Assembly: GCA_964016885.1 (NCBI GenBank)
Contig: OZ024743.1
Span: forward strand, 115,010,001-115,074,000
Reading direction: 5' to 3'
DNA from: Eledone cirrhosa
Taxonomy: Eukaryota
Length of the DNA: 64,000 bases
Below are positions 35,929-49,329 of this stretch, in pieces. Below the pieces are notes generated by a model. That model had not been told where the DNA came from. It saw only the letters and a program-made list of their open reading frames with translations, and did no database searches. The position numbers were made by a program, and so were the translations under genes. Every line of letters begins with the position of its first letter. Positions within the stretch are counted from its first letter, which is position 1.

Positions 35929-37717
35929 CAGGGCTGGGCAAACCTTTTGGATCGGGGATGACATTAACTGGGTCATGAACACCAGACGGCAGCATAATTT
36001 ATTATAGTGCCAGTAACCTTACTTTTCTTCAGTTAGAATTTAGAAATTATCTGTATATATATAAAATTAAGTACGTGTGTGTCTGTATGTCTGTGTATTA
36101 CCTATAGTGGCCTACATCTTACGACCAATTTTCATGAAACTTTACAGGCTCATAGATTAGTCATCGGGGAGTTTTTTCTATATATCAGCGTATCGTTTTT
36201 TTTTTTTTTATTCCGGGGTCATTCTGCAGATAAAAATCGATAGGAGCGTCATCTTTTTTTAGGTATCGAAAAATAAGATGTTTGGCTCTAGCTCCCACAT
36301 TTTGCCACCGATTTTGTTCAATTTTAAAGCAAAATAGAATTTATCATGGCACATCCTGTAATGGCTTTATATTTTGCATTTGTTGTTCAGGGACAGCGTG
36401 GCAGCCGCTTAAATATTCAAAAATACCACTTTTAGATTCAAATTTCCACTTTTTCGGCTCTAGCTCCCACATTAATCAACCTACTTTGTTCAAATTTTAC
36501 ACTACGCTAGATCTGATTATTTCACGTCTTAAAGTGGCTTTACATTCTGGATTTTTTTGTTCAGGAACCGCGTGGCAGCCGCTTACATATTCTAAAATAA
36601 CACCTTTTTGCTCAAATTTCCTCCTTTTCGGCTCTAGCACCCACATTTTTCAACCGATTTCGTTTAAATTCGAAACTTCGGCTCCACCTCACACATAAAT
36701 CAATTTATTTGGTTCAACCTTTATACTACGATAGAACCTATCATTGCACATCTTATAGTAGCTTTACACTTTGCATTTTTTTGTTCAGGGACGGCGTGGC
36801 AGCCGTTTAACTCTTCAAAATACGTTTTTTTCCACCTCCCACATATTCCATACAATTTCACTCAACATTTCGCCATTTGCTACACCTTACGACCGATTTT
36901 CAAGAAACTCGCAGTCGCTAAGATCAACAACTTTTCATCAAAGCAGATATTATTTTACCAACGCTGGGTACTGCTGCTAGTAAAATATAAAATGCATCAT
37001 TATAATACATCTATATATATGAAGTTGTATTCCTGTCTCTTTGTTTGTTCACAAACTACTCCTATGATTTTGGAGATAGACCCCCATAACCATAAATTCT
37101 TTCCCTTCGATTTTTATGAAATGTAATCCATAGGTAAATGACAGTATACGATGCCTATTCACAGAATTTCAGCAACTTTCAATTATATTAAGACACCCTA
37201 ATGGAGGTTAAACCCCTATTAGGGTTCCCCGGAGTCACAAACGCCCGCTGAAAATGTTTTCCCTTCGATTTATATGAAATTTAAACCATAGGTAAATGAC
37301 AAGATATGATACCTATTGACAAGATATGATGCTTCAAAAGTTTTGCATTGATATTTTGAAAAAAATGATTTACAAGAAATAAAATAAGAATAATATTTAA
37401 TAATGTAATTTTGATTTGATAATAATGTTTTCCAATTTTTCATGCATTACATTTTACATTGAGTAATATTGAAGTGCAGTTTTCCTCCATAAATTATATC
37501 ACTGATTTAAAATCAATCATCATTTTCTTACAAAAAAATGTGTGTAATTCGGCTAGTAAATTAATAAAATGATTAAATACAAAAATCTTAAAACAAAGTT
37601 TTCTTTCAATTTGTCGATTTTTATTCTTTTTATTAATTCGTCGAATGCTTCCATGAGCAGCACAAAACTCTTTGGGCGGCCGCATTTGGCCTGCAGGCCG
37701 TAGTTTGCCCACCTCTG
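35929..37717. mobile_element. hAT (Charlie-type) non-autonomous element hosting nested Helitrons
   Basis: TIRs CAGGGCTGGGCAAAC and GTTTGCCCACCTCTG. Imperfect 8-bp TSD ccctaggg / acctaagg. Confidence 0.7.
36050..36980 (+). mobile_element. non-autonomous Helitron with internal ~170-bp tandem repeats
   Basis: A|TC...TATATATAAA start, ccaacgctgggtac...CTAG|T end, no TSD. A second Helitron-like 5' end starts at ~37010. Confidence 0.75.
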
Positions 37718-37917
37718 ACCTAAGGTATTATTTGATCAATTATTTTATTTATTTTTTCAAATTTATATTCTTTCTGTAGAACTTCTGATATTTTCTCTGA
37801 AAGCTATGTTTTTGCATTGGCCCTTAAAATACTACTGTGTGCCCTGGAGGATCCCAATTGACATCAGGCAGGTTTACGACCTGGCCAGTGCGACACTGTA
37901 GGTATGTGTGTGTATAT

Positions 37918-40340
37918 CATCATCATCATCATCGTTTAACGTCTATCTTCCACGCTAGCATGTAGGACTATTTGGCAACTTTTCTACGGTTGGATGCCCT
38001 TCCTAACACCAGCCACATTTACAGTGTGGACTGGGAGCTTTTTACCGTGTTACCTACATGGGCACATTACAGCGTGGACTGTGTGTTTTTTTTTTGTCGT
38101 GACACCTTCACGACCTCATTAGTTTGGATTGGATGTTGTGGTACCAACATAACTTTACAGAGAAGGGGTGGTGTTGGTTGGTTGGGTGTATATTTGGTTA
38201 AGAGGTGCCTACTGACTGTAGGTTTCACCTTGTACATAGACAAGGCGGGTCTTCTGTATTACTGCGTGGCGCCAATGATCTCAGTCCAGTGACATTTTCT
38301 TAGCGAGGTGCAAGTGTGTAAGGTCGGAATTTATCAAATCGTCCCAGGTTTTTTGGGGTCTACCTACTCCGTAACTTCCATCAATTTTGATCGCCCTGCA
38401 CCTTTTTATACAGCTGTCGTCTTTCATGCGCATCACGTGACCATACCAACATAGTCTTCTCTCAAGTAAACAGAATCTGCTCACTCTTATTCCTAATTTC
38501 TCCCTTAGTTCATATATTTTTTTACCGTTCGCATATATTACTATTACACATCCAACGGAACATGCATGCTTCGTTCCTTTCCAGTCTGCGCAGGTCCTCT
38601 GCACACAATGCCCATGTCTCACTACCATGTAACATTGCTGTTCGTATACAGGCATCATACAATCTGCCTTTCATTTTTAGAGAGAAACCTTTTGTGGCCA
38701 ACAGCGGTATAAGCTCTGAACTTTTTCCATCTCGTTCTGACTCTGGCTACTGTAATTTCAGAGCACCCTCCACCACTGCTCATTTTGTCACCCAGGTAAC
38801 GGAAAGTGTCCACTATTTCTATAGAACCATCTGGGCAATAGAAGGAGCTAGTATCCTGTGGGCACATGCTACTTATTGCACCTGAACATCGGCCACATAT
38901 AAAGTCTATGTTCTTAGATAGTTTACCTGTGATCCCACTACATCTTTTATGTACCCATAGTTTGCGTTTGTGACATAGCATGGAATTTCTCCCTACTCCT
39001 TTCCTACACACTGAGCATGGCCATTTCTCAGAGAGCACCTCTGCCCTATTTTTCTTTCTACATACTAGAACATTAGTCTTAGACAAGTTAAGTTTAAGGC
39101 CTTTTGATTCTAGGCCATGCTTCCATGTTTGGAATTTCTTCACTAGTTCAGCCATAGATTCAGCTATGAGAGTTAGATCATCTGCTTATAGGAGTTCCCA
39201 TGGGCAGCCGGTCTTAAACTCATCTGTTATAGCCTGAAGGGCAATAATAAATAGGAGGGGCCTAAGGATAGAGCCGTGATGAACACCAAGTTTTAGGCTA
39301 AATTCTTCACTATATTCATTATTAATTCTAACCTTGCTGACTGTTTCTTTATACATGGATTTTATAGCTCTCACAAGCCATTCATCTGCAACTAGTTTTC
39401 TAAGAGCCCACCAGATAATGGAGCGCGGGACTCTGTCAAAGGCTTTCTCCAAGTCAACAAAAGCTAAGTAAAAGGGTTTACTTTTAGCTAGGTACTTCTC
39501 CTGTAGTTGTCATACAAGGAAAAGAGTGTCTGTGATACTTTTACCTGACACAAATCGAAACTGCATTTCATCTAGATCAATTCGATCTCTAATTATTTGT
39601 GCTATAACTCTTTCTGTGACCTTCATGACCTGGTCAACTAAGTTAATGCCTCTATAGTTTCCCCTATCTAGAGCATCTCCTTTACCCTTGTAGCAGTTAA
39701 TGGTGATGCTGCTTCGACAGTCATTTGGTATGACCCCATTCTGTATTACTTGATTTAACATCCGGGTAACCATATGTCCCACCATTGCAGATACTTTCAA
39801 CATCTCAGCAACTATCTCCGAAGGCTCAGCTGCCTTGCCTGTCTTCATATCTTTGATTGCCTTACTTATTATACTACCTTTAACTTGCACCGCTGGTCCC
39901 TCTATTGGATCGATTTGGGGCAGACTATCTTTTCCCCATTTATTCTCCTCATTTAGTAGTCTCTTGTAATGACACTTCCAAGCTACCTTCTTATCAGTAT
40001 CAGTGAGGGCAAGTACACCATCATCATTACGGACACACTTCTCCCTGATAATATCACAGTTTTCCTTGACACATTGTCTTGCAATCATGAACACCTCACG
40101 TTTTTGGCCCTGGCGTTGTAGAACATGCTTGAACTTTCTATCGTCTGCTTCCCTTCTTGCAAAGTACACTTGTCTCCTAGCTTCTCTCCTGGTAACTTCA
40201 TAGTGTTCTCTACTTCCCCCATCCTGCCATACTTTCCAAGCCTGCTTTTTGGCCTTGATTGACTCTTCCACCACCAAGTTACTCTCCTCCTGCCTATAGG
40301 TCTGCTCCTGCCACAGATTTCATCCGTCGCCTTCAGCAGG
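37918..40340 (-). mobile_element. RTE LINE copy A (5'-truncated, disrupted)
   Basis: ORF pieces at 39510-40277, 39186-39452, 38655-39155 and 38281-38658. 3' UTR and (GAT)n tail at 37918. Confidence 0.92.
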
Positions 40341-40344
40341 TTAA

Positions 40345-40535
40345 CTTTCTGTTTCTATTTTTGGCACAAGGCCAACAATTATCCCAGTGCATTACTGGTA
40401 CTTTAATTTATCGACCCCATAAGGATGAAAGGCAAAGTTAACCTCGGCAGGATTTGAACTCAGATTGTAAAGGGACGTAATTATATGCTGCAAAGCATGG
40501 CGTCCGACCCCTTACTGATACTCCAATCCACCGAC
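40345..40535 (-). mobile_element. Nin/Deu tRNA-SINE
   Basis: Reverse complement of the family consensus, at the 5' edge of RTE copy A. Confidence 0.88.
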
Positions 40536-40844
40536 TTCTGGCACTCAGGGGCTTTTGGAGCTTAAGCCTATCCGATAGTTTTTTCAATATACTGGTGCTT
40601 TGGCTTTTACTAAGCAGATTTTATATTGATTCTAAATATGTTAGTATGATCTTGTTTTTAATTTCTTGCCCAGGCCTCCACTATGTTGAGGAATCCTTTC
40701 AATTTAAGCCCCTACAACTTTATGAGGAGTTACAGGTCCATACGTGTATTACAATCTACATTATATTATATTATATTATATTATATTATATCACAGCCAA
40801 CATGTTATTATATTATAGTTCTACATTATTACATTATATTATAT

Positions 40845-42535
40845 TTTAGCATAAGGTATAAAGCTGATGGACCAGGTGATGAAAGTAACAGAAAGAGTTA
40901 TAGCACAGTTGATTAGGGATCGGGTGATACTAGATGAGATGCAATTTGGGTTTGTGCCAGGAAGAGGCACCACTGATGCCCTCTTCCTTGTGAGGCAGTT
41001 ACAGGAAAAGTACCTAGCTAAAAATAAGCCGCTCTACCTGGAATTCGTTGATCTCGAGAAAGCCTTTGACAGAGTTCCCCGTGCTATAATCTGGTGGGCT
41101 CTTAGAAAACTAGGAGTAGATGAATGGCTTGTGAAAGCTGTACAAGCCATGTATAGGGCAGCAGTCAGCAAAGTTAGGATTAGCAATGACTATAGCGAGG
41201 AATTTAGCGTACAGGTGAGTGTCCACCAGGGCTCTGTTCTTAGCCCTCTCCTGTGCATCATAGTTCTGCAGGCAATGACGGAGGAGTTTAAGACCGGATG
41301 CCCATGGGAACTCCTGTATGCAGATGAATTCGCACTTGTAGCTGAATCTATGGTAGAACTAGAGAAGAAATTCCAAACTTGGAAGCAGGAACTAGAAAGA
41401 AAGGGTCTCAAAGTCAACCTGACAAAGACTAAGGTCCTTGTAAATAGATGAGAAAACAGAACCCAGATCCCCTCGGGGAAATGGCCTTGCTCAGTATGTA
41501 GGAAAGCTGTAGATAGGATCTCCCTTCTCTGCCCCAAATGCAAACAATGGGTACACAAGAGATGTAGCGGAATCTCAGGAAGCTTAACTAAGAATGTAGG
41601 CTTCACATGAAGCAGATGTTCTGGGACAACAAGCAGCAAACAACCACAGGCAACAAGTACCACCAAACTCTGGGAGGGCTCTATAGAAAGAGTAGACAGC
41701 TTCTGCTACCTAGGTGACCGAATTAGCAGCAGAGGTGGGTGTTCGGAAAGTACAATAACTAGGGTAAGAACGGGATGGAAGAAGTTCAGGGAGCTACTGC
41801 CACTGCTAGCTGCAAAAGGCCTTTCCCTCAAAATGAAAGGCAGACTGTATGATGCGTGTATACGAACAGCAATGTTACATGGTAGTGAGACCTGGGCGCT
41901 GTCTGTGGAAGACTTGAGTAGATTAGAAAGAAACGAAGCCGGCATGCTCCGATGGATGCGTAATAGTAATATACGCGAACGACCAAGCATAAATGAATTG
42001 CTGTCTGCAGGAGAGGTGGTTGCATTGGTATGGACATGTGATGCGTATGAAGGATGACAGCTGCATAAAAAGGTGCAGAGCACTAGAAGTTGATGGAAAC
42101 CGCGGAGTGGGGAGACTCAAGAAGATCAGGGATGAGGTGATAAAAGCCGACCTTGCCCAATTACACCTCTCAAAGGTGACCTCTGGCGTCACCCAGTAAT
42201 ACAGAAGACCCGACCCCTCACGGGTACAAGCCGAAGCTGAAGCATATAGACAATATGCCCCCACACCCTCCCATTGCAGAGTGGTCATGGAGGTGCCACA
42301 GCAAAAAAGCACCCAGCCCACACTGTAAAGTGGACGTGTAGGCGCCACGGAAAACAGCACCCAGCACTCACTGTAAATGAGGTTGGTGTTAGGAAGGGCA
42401 TCCAGCTGTAGAAATCAAGCCAGAATCAGATCCTGTATGAGCAAAGCATGGTCAGCCGACTGGACACTGTCCACAACAGGACAATCCGTCTAACCCATGT
42501 TAGTGTGGAAGAACGGACGTAAAATGATGATGATA
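40845..42535 (+). mobile_element. RTE LINE copy B (RT to 3' end, disrupted)
   Basis: ORF 40867-41451 (DLEKAFDRV, HQGSVLSP, LYADE), PHD-like remnant, 3' UTR ending in (GAT)n. Confidence 0.92.
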
Positions 42536-42803
42536 GCATATTACATTATGTTGTAGCCTAAAAGTCTATTCATTCATTGCATCACAATCTTGAAATAAAA
42601 AATATAAAAATGAAATAATCTGACACCATGTTGATAGGAAACAAATATCATAATTAGAATTTATTTATATAAATTGTTTTTACAAAAAAAATAATTTGCC
42701 ATTCATTATTATATATTTTGCAATAATATATGTTTTAGTATGATTTAATTTTCTCCTTTAATTATATGTTTCTAGCTTCATAATATAACATGGATTTGAA
42801 TCA

Positions 42804-43090
42804 CTAAAAATTTATGTTTGTTTGAGCAGATTTATCCATCTTGAAAACAAGTGAACCACCAAAGGTATTTGAAAGAGAAGGATATAATAATTTTTCAAAG
42901 GGATGGTGCCCAATTCTCTTCTCGGTTGACAGTGGAATTGAAAAGCAGCCTAGTGTAACATCATTAATGAGAGGCTTTAATTGCAGTTTAGCACAGAATG
43001 AAAATTTGGATTTGCTTATGTTGACTTTATAAAGGATAAGGCAGAATTTGAAAACTTCTACATTAATACAGAGAGGGGGAGGGTTGTTCA
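42804..43090 (-). CDS. DUF4773-like secreted protein, exon 4 (terminal)
   Basis: Acceptor ttttctatcttccag|TG. Encodes VNNPPPLCINVEVFKFCLILYKVNISKSKFSFCAKLQLKPLINDVTLGCFSIP...NINF*, with the NPPPxC...C...C...LGCF signature. Confidence 0.88.
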
Positions 43091-43482
43091 CTGGAAGATA
43101 GAAAAGATAGAGAAATAAAAGCAACACCAATAATAACGACAATTGGCACAAAACAGTAGCAATAATAACTAGAGCACTAGATATGTTAAAGAAATATGAA
43201 CAAAACTATCCAAGGCTCACAATGTAATACATAATCCTACTAGATACAACAGACATTCTACTTTCAACTAAAACAATACAATTTTCACATACTCTATACA
43301 GTCAATCAAGTTTCTGTAACTGGTGTGGCCAGTCGTTTGGGTGCATCTCGAGACATTTTTGTAATCAGCAGTCACCACTGTTCTCTATCCTCTATCATGC
43401 AGAGAATGATTGAGGTGTTTTGACCTGTCCAGTCGTTGATGTTATCAGACCAGTATAATTTTTTGCAACAACTCCATTTTAA

Positions 43483-45433
43483 CCCTTTAGCATTTAAACC
43501 AGCCATATCTAACCAGAATTTTCTCACCTCTTTCTGTTCAAAACAACTGCAACTGACCATCTTACTGGAAACTCTTTTTTCTTTTTAGAAACATAAATAT
43601 AAATACATATAATAGATACAATTAATTAAAGATCGTAAAAGAGTAAATCCCCAAACATGCTCCTATACGATCATAACTTCGGCCACGGGGGTCCAACAAG
43701 GAGACCCTTTGGGCCTCCTCCTGTTTGCCCTTGGTATGGACCACATTGCCCGAAGTATCACGGCACCTCTCAACGTTTGGTAGTTGGATGATGCTAAGCT
43801 GGGCGGGCCTGTGGAGACTGTCTGCCATGACCTTCAATTGGTGGTTCCTGCCCTGGCAGGAATCAGCCTCCAGGTCAACTCGTCCAAGTTGGAAGTGGTG
43901 AATGTCAGCCATGATGCTGAGAGCTTTGCAGCCTCCGTCTCAGATGTGCAGACCATTCTCCACCAGGTAGAGGTGAACCCCAAAGAGGATGTCCTCATCC
44001 TCGGGTCACCTATCTACCCGCCAACCATCCGCTCCACCATCAAGTCCAGGCTCCAACAACTCCAGACACTCACAAGCTCAACGGCCACCCAACTCTCTTC
44101 CTGTTGAAGAACTGCTTTGCCAGTCCAAAGTTCCTCTACACCATTCCTAGCGCTCCATGCTACAGCCACGCAGCTCTCCTTGCTGACCTCGATAATTGTA
44201 TCTGAGCGGCAGCTAGGAGATATGCAACATAAGGTTTGATGACATTGGATGACAACAGGCCACTTTACCCGTCAGATATGGTGACCTTGGCCCTCGATCT
44301 TGCTGGCCTTGCCGGCGTTTCTTTCATCAGTAACCCTCATGCCGCGTCCTCATCAGCAGAGTTCTCCAAAACACAATGGAACCCTTTGTGATCAGGGAAC
44401 ATGAGTCCGCCTGTGAGATGTGGGACCGGTTGGGACTTAGCCTATTAGACGTCCCTCCTCCTTCTCCCCTGCTGACATCAAGTACCCCCATAGCATTTGG
44501 GATGCCATCCAATGCAGCCTGGCCGCAGACAGGCTCACGCGCCAGCTCGACCAGCACCACCTTCCTGTTTTCGTGCAGCCTACAGACCCCACAGTGGTGC
44601 CTGTCTCCCTGCCTTGTCCTCCTTCTCCACTGGCATGCAGCTGGATAACCTGTGCATTGGCGTTTCCTTGAGGCTTGGACTCCGGATCTGCAAGCCACAT
44701 AAATGTCGCTGTGGATCCACGTAGACACTTTCGTCCTCCACCTGCTTTCCTGTCGCCACAGTGCTGGCTGCCTTCCATACCATGCTGCCCTCAGCGAGGT
44801 CATAAAGTATGGCTTGGATGCTGCAGGCTTCCCCTGCCAGCTCAAGCCAGTGGGGCTGAACGAGGGGACGGCAAAAGGCCAGATGGTATGACCATCTTCC
44901 CGTTCCGGGATCCCTCGTATGGGATGCCACTTGCAGCGACACTTTCTCCAGCTGCAACCAAGTGCAGTCTGCGACTAACCCAGGTACTGTTGCATGTGGG
45001 GCTGAGGAGGCCAAACTCTCCAAGTACCTGTCACTCTCTGACAGGTTCGCAGTCGTGCCCTTGCCAGTGGAGACTTCTGGTATGCTTGCTCCTAGGGTTA
45101 CCTCCCTACTTACCACCATAGGCGCTGAGCTAGCCAGCTGCAGGTGTGAGTCTCGCCAGTTGGAATGGCTCTTCTAGCTCATCTCCCTTACCATCCTCCG
45201 AGGAAACGCCTTCTCCATTCTGTCCGCTGTGGGGAGGCCAGCATGTGGGACTCCATTTGCTCACCATACGGATTAAGACATATAACCTCTCTTTTTCTTT
45301 TATTTACTCTTTTATTGTTTTATTGTTTTCAAAATAAATAACATCAACATCTCATAGATTTGACATTGTGTGAAGTAAAGCCTTTACTGCGAAAATACAA
45401 TTGTATTTATAGAGTAATGTAAATGCTAAAGGG
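43483..45433. mobile_element. piggyBac-type MITE (intron 3) interrupted by a CRE-like element
   Basis: TTAA|CCCTTTAGCATTTA ... TAAATGCTAAAGGG|TTAA, i.e. a 14-bp perfect TIR with a TTAA TSD. Confidence 0.85.
43630..45271 (+). mobile_element. CRE-clade-like non-LTR element (RT C-terminal half, CCHC, RLE), degraded
   Basis: GVQQGDPLGLLLFAL, W*LDD, ICKPHKCRCG...HLLSC...H, GKRPDGMTIFPF, FAVVPLPVETSG. Confidence 0.85.
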
Positions 45434-45653
45434 TTAACCTTTATATACCAAACCATCTAAAAACGCTGATCATTTTAAATTGTTTATCCTTATATTAAAA
45501 CTTTCCCTCATGAATATATTTCGGAAATTTTTGTTAAGTAATGTTCTAAAATATTAGCTTACTAAAGGAAAGTCTGGTAGTTATGAGTGAAATGTTGGAT
45601 TTGTCTAGTTATTTTGTTTGTTTTCTCTCTCACTCTCTCACTAAATATATGTG

Positions 45654-45685
<32 letters not shown>

Positions 45686-45900
45686 CATGTGGATACATAC
45701 ATGTAAAACTAGATCCATGTGTATTTAATCTTTAAAAACAGCCTATAGTATATTATATTATAGCTAACTTTATTAGTAATAATAATGTAATCTAACAAAC
45801 AAATATCCACAAGTACAAACACATAAACTATATAAGATCTAAAAGTACCCCCCCCCCCCAAAAAAAAAACATTCCTAGATGCATTATTTTGCAATAGAAG

Positions 45901-46084
45901 GGCGGTGGATTGGCAGTATCGGTAGAGGGTCGGACGCCATGCTTTCCAGCATAGTTACGTCCCTTTACGATCTGAGTTCAAATCCCGCCGAGGTTGACTT
46001 TGCCTTTCATCCTTACGGGGTCGATAAAATAAAGTACCAGTAATGCACTGGGTAATTGCTGGCCTTGTGCCTAAAGTAGAAACA
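45901..46084 (+). mobile_element. young full-length Nin/Deu tRNA-SINE with an 18-bp TSD
   Basis: TSD attattttgcaatagaag at 45883-45900 and 46085-46102. A and B boxes intact. Confidence 0.95.
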
Positions 46085-47514
46085 ATTATTTTGCAATAGA
46101 AGATTGCTTAGTCATGGTAGGAATACCTTTGTTATTATATTTGCTGGCTCAAACCTGACGTGGTTATAAAGATTAGCCACAAACTAAGACAAGGGATTGA
46201 TGGATCCTAAATATAGCCATTTGATCTATCAAATATAGCAGACAAATCTCCTTCAAATCTTAACTATTCTGATACAAAACTGCCTGAACCCATGCATGGT
46301 TCTATAATTAATTTTTTGTTTGTTTTATAATGTTTATAGTTAAATGGAAATCTTCCATTATACTTTTATATTTAAACCTTTGCTATGTCATGCTCCATAT
46401 ACCAAGTAAATAATTTTTCTAATATTGACACATGACCAGCAATTTGGGGGAAGGAGCAAGTCAATTATATTTACACCAGTAGTTAACTAGCGTTTTATTT
46501 TATTGACTGTAGAATTTTATTGACTAAATACTGCAAAGCATTTTGTCCAACACTCTACTGATACTGTTAAATCTCCACCTTCAAACACCAAATTAATAAT
46601 GAGAACATTCGTTATATCACTAAGTCTCTACAAATTCATAATTATTTTCAAAGTGTTTTAAACTGATAGACAGTACCATTCATTACAAATATGGTAATGA
46701 AAAAGTCAAATAACAAAAGGAATCTGTAGATAATGTAGTCCTACATAGCCTTAAAATGTCAAGAGGTCAATTACCTTAGATCTTGATAATTTGGCTTGAT
46801 TAACAACATAAACAAATTCATTCATCATTGACATCATTATTTATCATCCATTCTTCCAGCTAGCAAGGGTTGGACAGTTCTTCACAGACTGGGTCAGTAC
46901 TTAAGTGAAGTTACTGATTCTTCAGATGCACCAATGACATGCATCTCACACAAGATCCGGCATCCTACAGAGTGCATTTTATCATTACACCAGCACAAGG
47001 TGTGGATGGTATGTTATTGACACAAATGAAAGGTCTTCCTCATCTTTTATTTGGCATGCTTTCTACAGATAGATGCCTTTTCTATTGCCAATAACCTTAG
47101 AGAATGTTTCTCATGTAGAGCACCAACATGTTTATCATGTCTTTGACAAAGATGAAGCATTCTCCTGTCTTCTTGTTTGGCAGGTTTTCTGCAACTGGAA
47201 GAACCTATCGCCAAACATTTTACTGATCTCTTTATCATGTAGACCACCAAGACTAGAAATGTCATGTCTTTGCCACAACTGATGAGCCCTCCTAACCTAT
47301 TATATGGCAAGTTTTCTATAGCTCAATACCCTTCCTATCATCAATCCATTTACAGAGTGATCTCAACACTAGTGAGGTTGTCATATCCTTGACACAACTA
47401 AAGGATCCTCCCAAGCCTTTGTTTAGCTGGTTTTCTATGGTGTGATGCCATTCCTATACTATCACCAACATTATCAATGAAAATATATTTATAAAAATAA
47501 ATTCTTCTTGTTAC

Positions 47515-47607
47515 CTGATATAGAAACTTTGAAAATTGTCTTGTTATTCCAGATTAATTTTACTTGGATTCCAATTTTTTTAGGTAAATAAGAAAATTCA
47601 ACACAGG
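47515..47607 (-). CDS. DUF4773-like secreted protein, exon 3
   Basis: 93 nt, phase 1-1. Acceptor tctctcttcttttag|CC and donor TCAG|gtaaca. Encodes (A)CVEFSYLPKKIGIQVKLIWNNKTIFKVSIS. Confidence 0.9.
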
Positions 47608-47689
47608 CTAAAAGAAGAGAGACAATATTATTAGCAATGATGTGTTCAAATACAGGAGAGCAGTATAGGTGTGTAAAAGAGACAAATCT

Positions 47690-48680
47690 AGTTGTATGGG
47701 CATGTGAGAGGTTTGTAAAAAAGTACCAACTTCTTAAAATGGATGGGATCTGTGGAAGAGGAAGACATAAGACAAAGTTGTGAATACAAAAGTTGAATAT
47801 GGAAAGGAGTGTTTAGCAGGAATGGTGGCTCCAATCTAAATATGAATGAAAAGGCCTCACTAGACTTCTGTTCTAGCAATGGCCTCTCTATTATGAACAC
47901 CTTCTTCCAGCACAGGGACATCCACAAAACTTGCAATTCCAGGATGAGCTACAGGATAAAGGGGAAGCACTTCTGGATAAAGAAGTCAGCCCCATGTATG
48001 TATGCTATTGCATCCAAATACAGAGAACTCCCTGATCAAACTGAGGACTTGGAGACAGAGTGGAGATTGTTCAGCTCAGCAGTTTCTGCTTCAGCTGTTA
48101 AATGCTGTGTGTGAAAGAGGCTTGGTGTGGCACCAGATGGCAGGAGGACCCCTTGGTTCAGTCAAGAGGTCAAATATGCGATCTGAACAAAGGAGGCTTA
48201 CAAAGCTTGTTTGCAAATAATTCCTCCTTCTTGCACTTGCCGTACAAGCAGGTATGAAGAATCGCAGCAGAGACAGTAAAAGCACCCAGAGTTAAGATGT
48301 AGGAGGAATTTGGGATTAAGCTAGTGAATAAAGTGTTCTGGCAGACAATCTGCTGACTTCGTAATAAGAAGTCCCCCTCCATGGCTGCTATCAAGAATGC
48401 CTCTTGGGTTTCCTCCCTTCAGAGAGGTGCATCCTCAGGAGGTGGAGAGAATACTTTGCTGACCTCGTAAACCCGATCACAACAGTATTTTCTGAGGCTG
48501 AGGTCACAAAAGCAGCTAAATAGCTCAAATGTCGCAAGGCCGCTGCGGAAGAAGAAATCCTGCCCGAGATGTTAAAAGACATAAATAGACAAGGTATTCT
48601 CTGGCTGACTTGTGAGTGGCCTGAAGCAATGGCAATTGGGAATGAAAATCCAAATGTTCCAAAAGGGAGACCAGAGTAAT
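47690..48680 (+). mobile_element. highly degraded RTE LINE fragment (APE to linker)
   Basis: LDFCSSNGLSIMNTFFQHRDIHK, ILRRWREYFADL, EILPEMLK. Confidence 0.7.
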
Positions 48681-48876
48681 TATTTATTTTCTTTGAAAAC
48701 CAAAATGCCAAAGTTGAGCATAACATGATTTAATCAAGAGGGCTAATGGTATTTAGATGATGGTGGTGGTGGTGGTTATATGATGATGATTCAAAATTAC
48801 CGAGGGGAGAGAGAGAAAGAAAGCGTGAAGGATAAAGATAGGCCCTAATATGGGGTGAAAAGAAAACAATTCTTAC

Positions 48877-49035
48877 CTGTGTCCTTTATTGTAAAACGTT
48901 TCGAAGTGAAGGCCATACAACATTTGACTGTGTACGTGGAAGAAGTGCAGGACAGACCACGTATGTTTATGTTACTTTCCAACTGTTGGCTACCAATAAT
49001 TGCTTTCAAAATGTTGGACTGAATATTTTCAGGCA
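48877..49035 (-). CDS. DUF4773-like secreted protein, exon 2
   Basis: 159 nt, phase 1-1. Long polypyrimidine tract with ...gaaag|TG acceptor and donor ACAG|gtaaga. Encodes (V)PENIQSNILKAIIGSQQLESNINIRGLSCTSSTYTVKCCMAFTSKRFTIKDT. Confidence 0.88.
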
Positions 49036-49296
49036 CTTTCAATAGCATCAAAAGAACAAAAGAAATAAAAAGAAAAAAAAATATAACATACATAAAAATA
49101 ACTATAGCGATCTGACATAGATTTATATATATGTATGTAAGTATATCATATTCATAACTTTAATAGGTTTCAGCCTCTATTGGCCCAGACCATGTCTAAC
49201 TTAATAACACCAATCAGGATTTGGACATCATGGTCCACACAAGGAGAGTTATTGTTTACGGAGACATATCCATGTGTAGGAGATTTATCCGGATTT

Positions 49297-49326
<30 letters not shown>

Positions 49327-49329
<3 letters not shown>

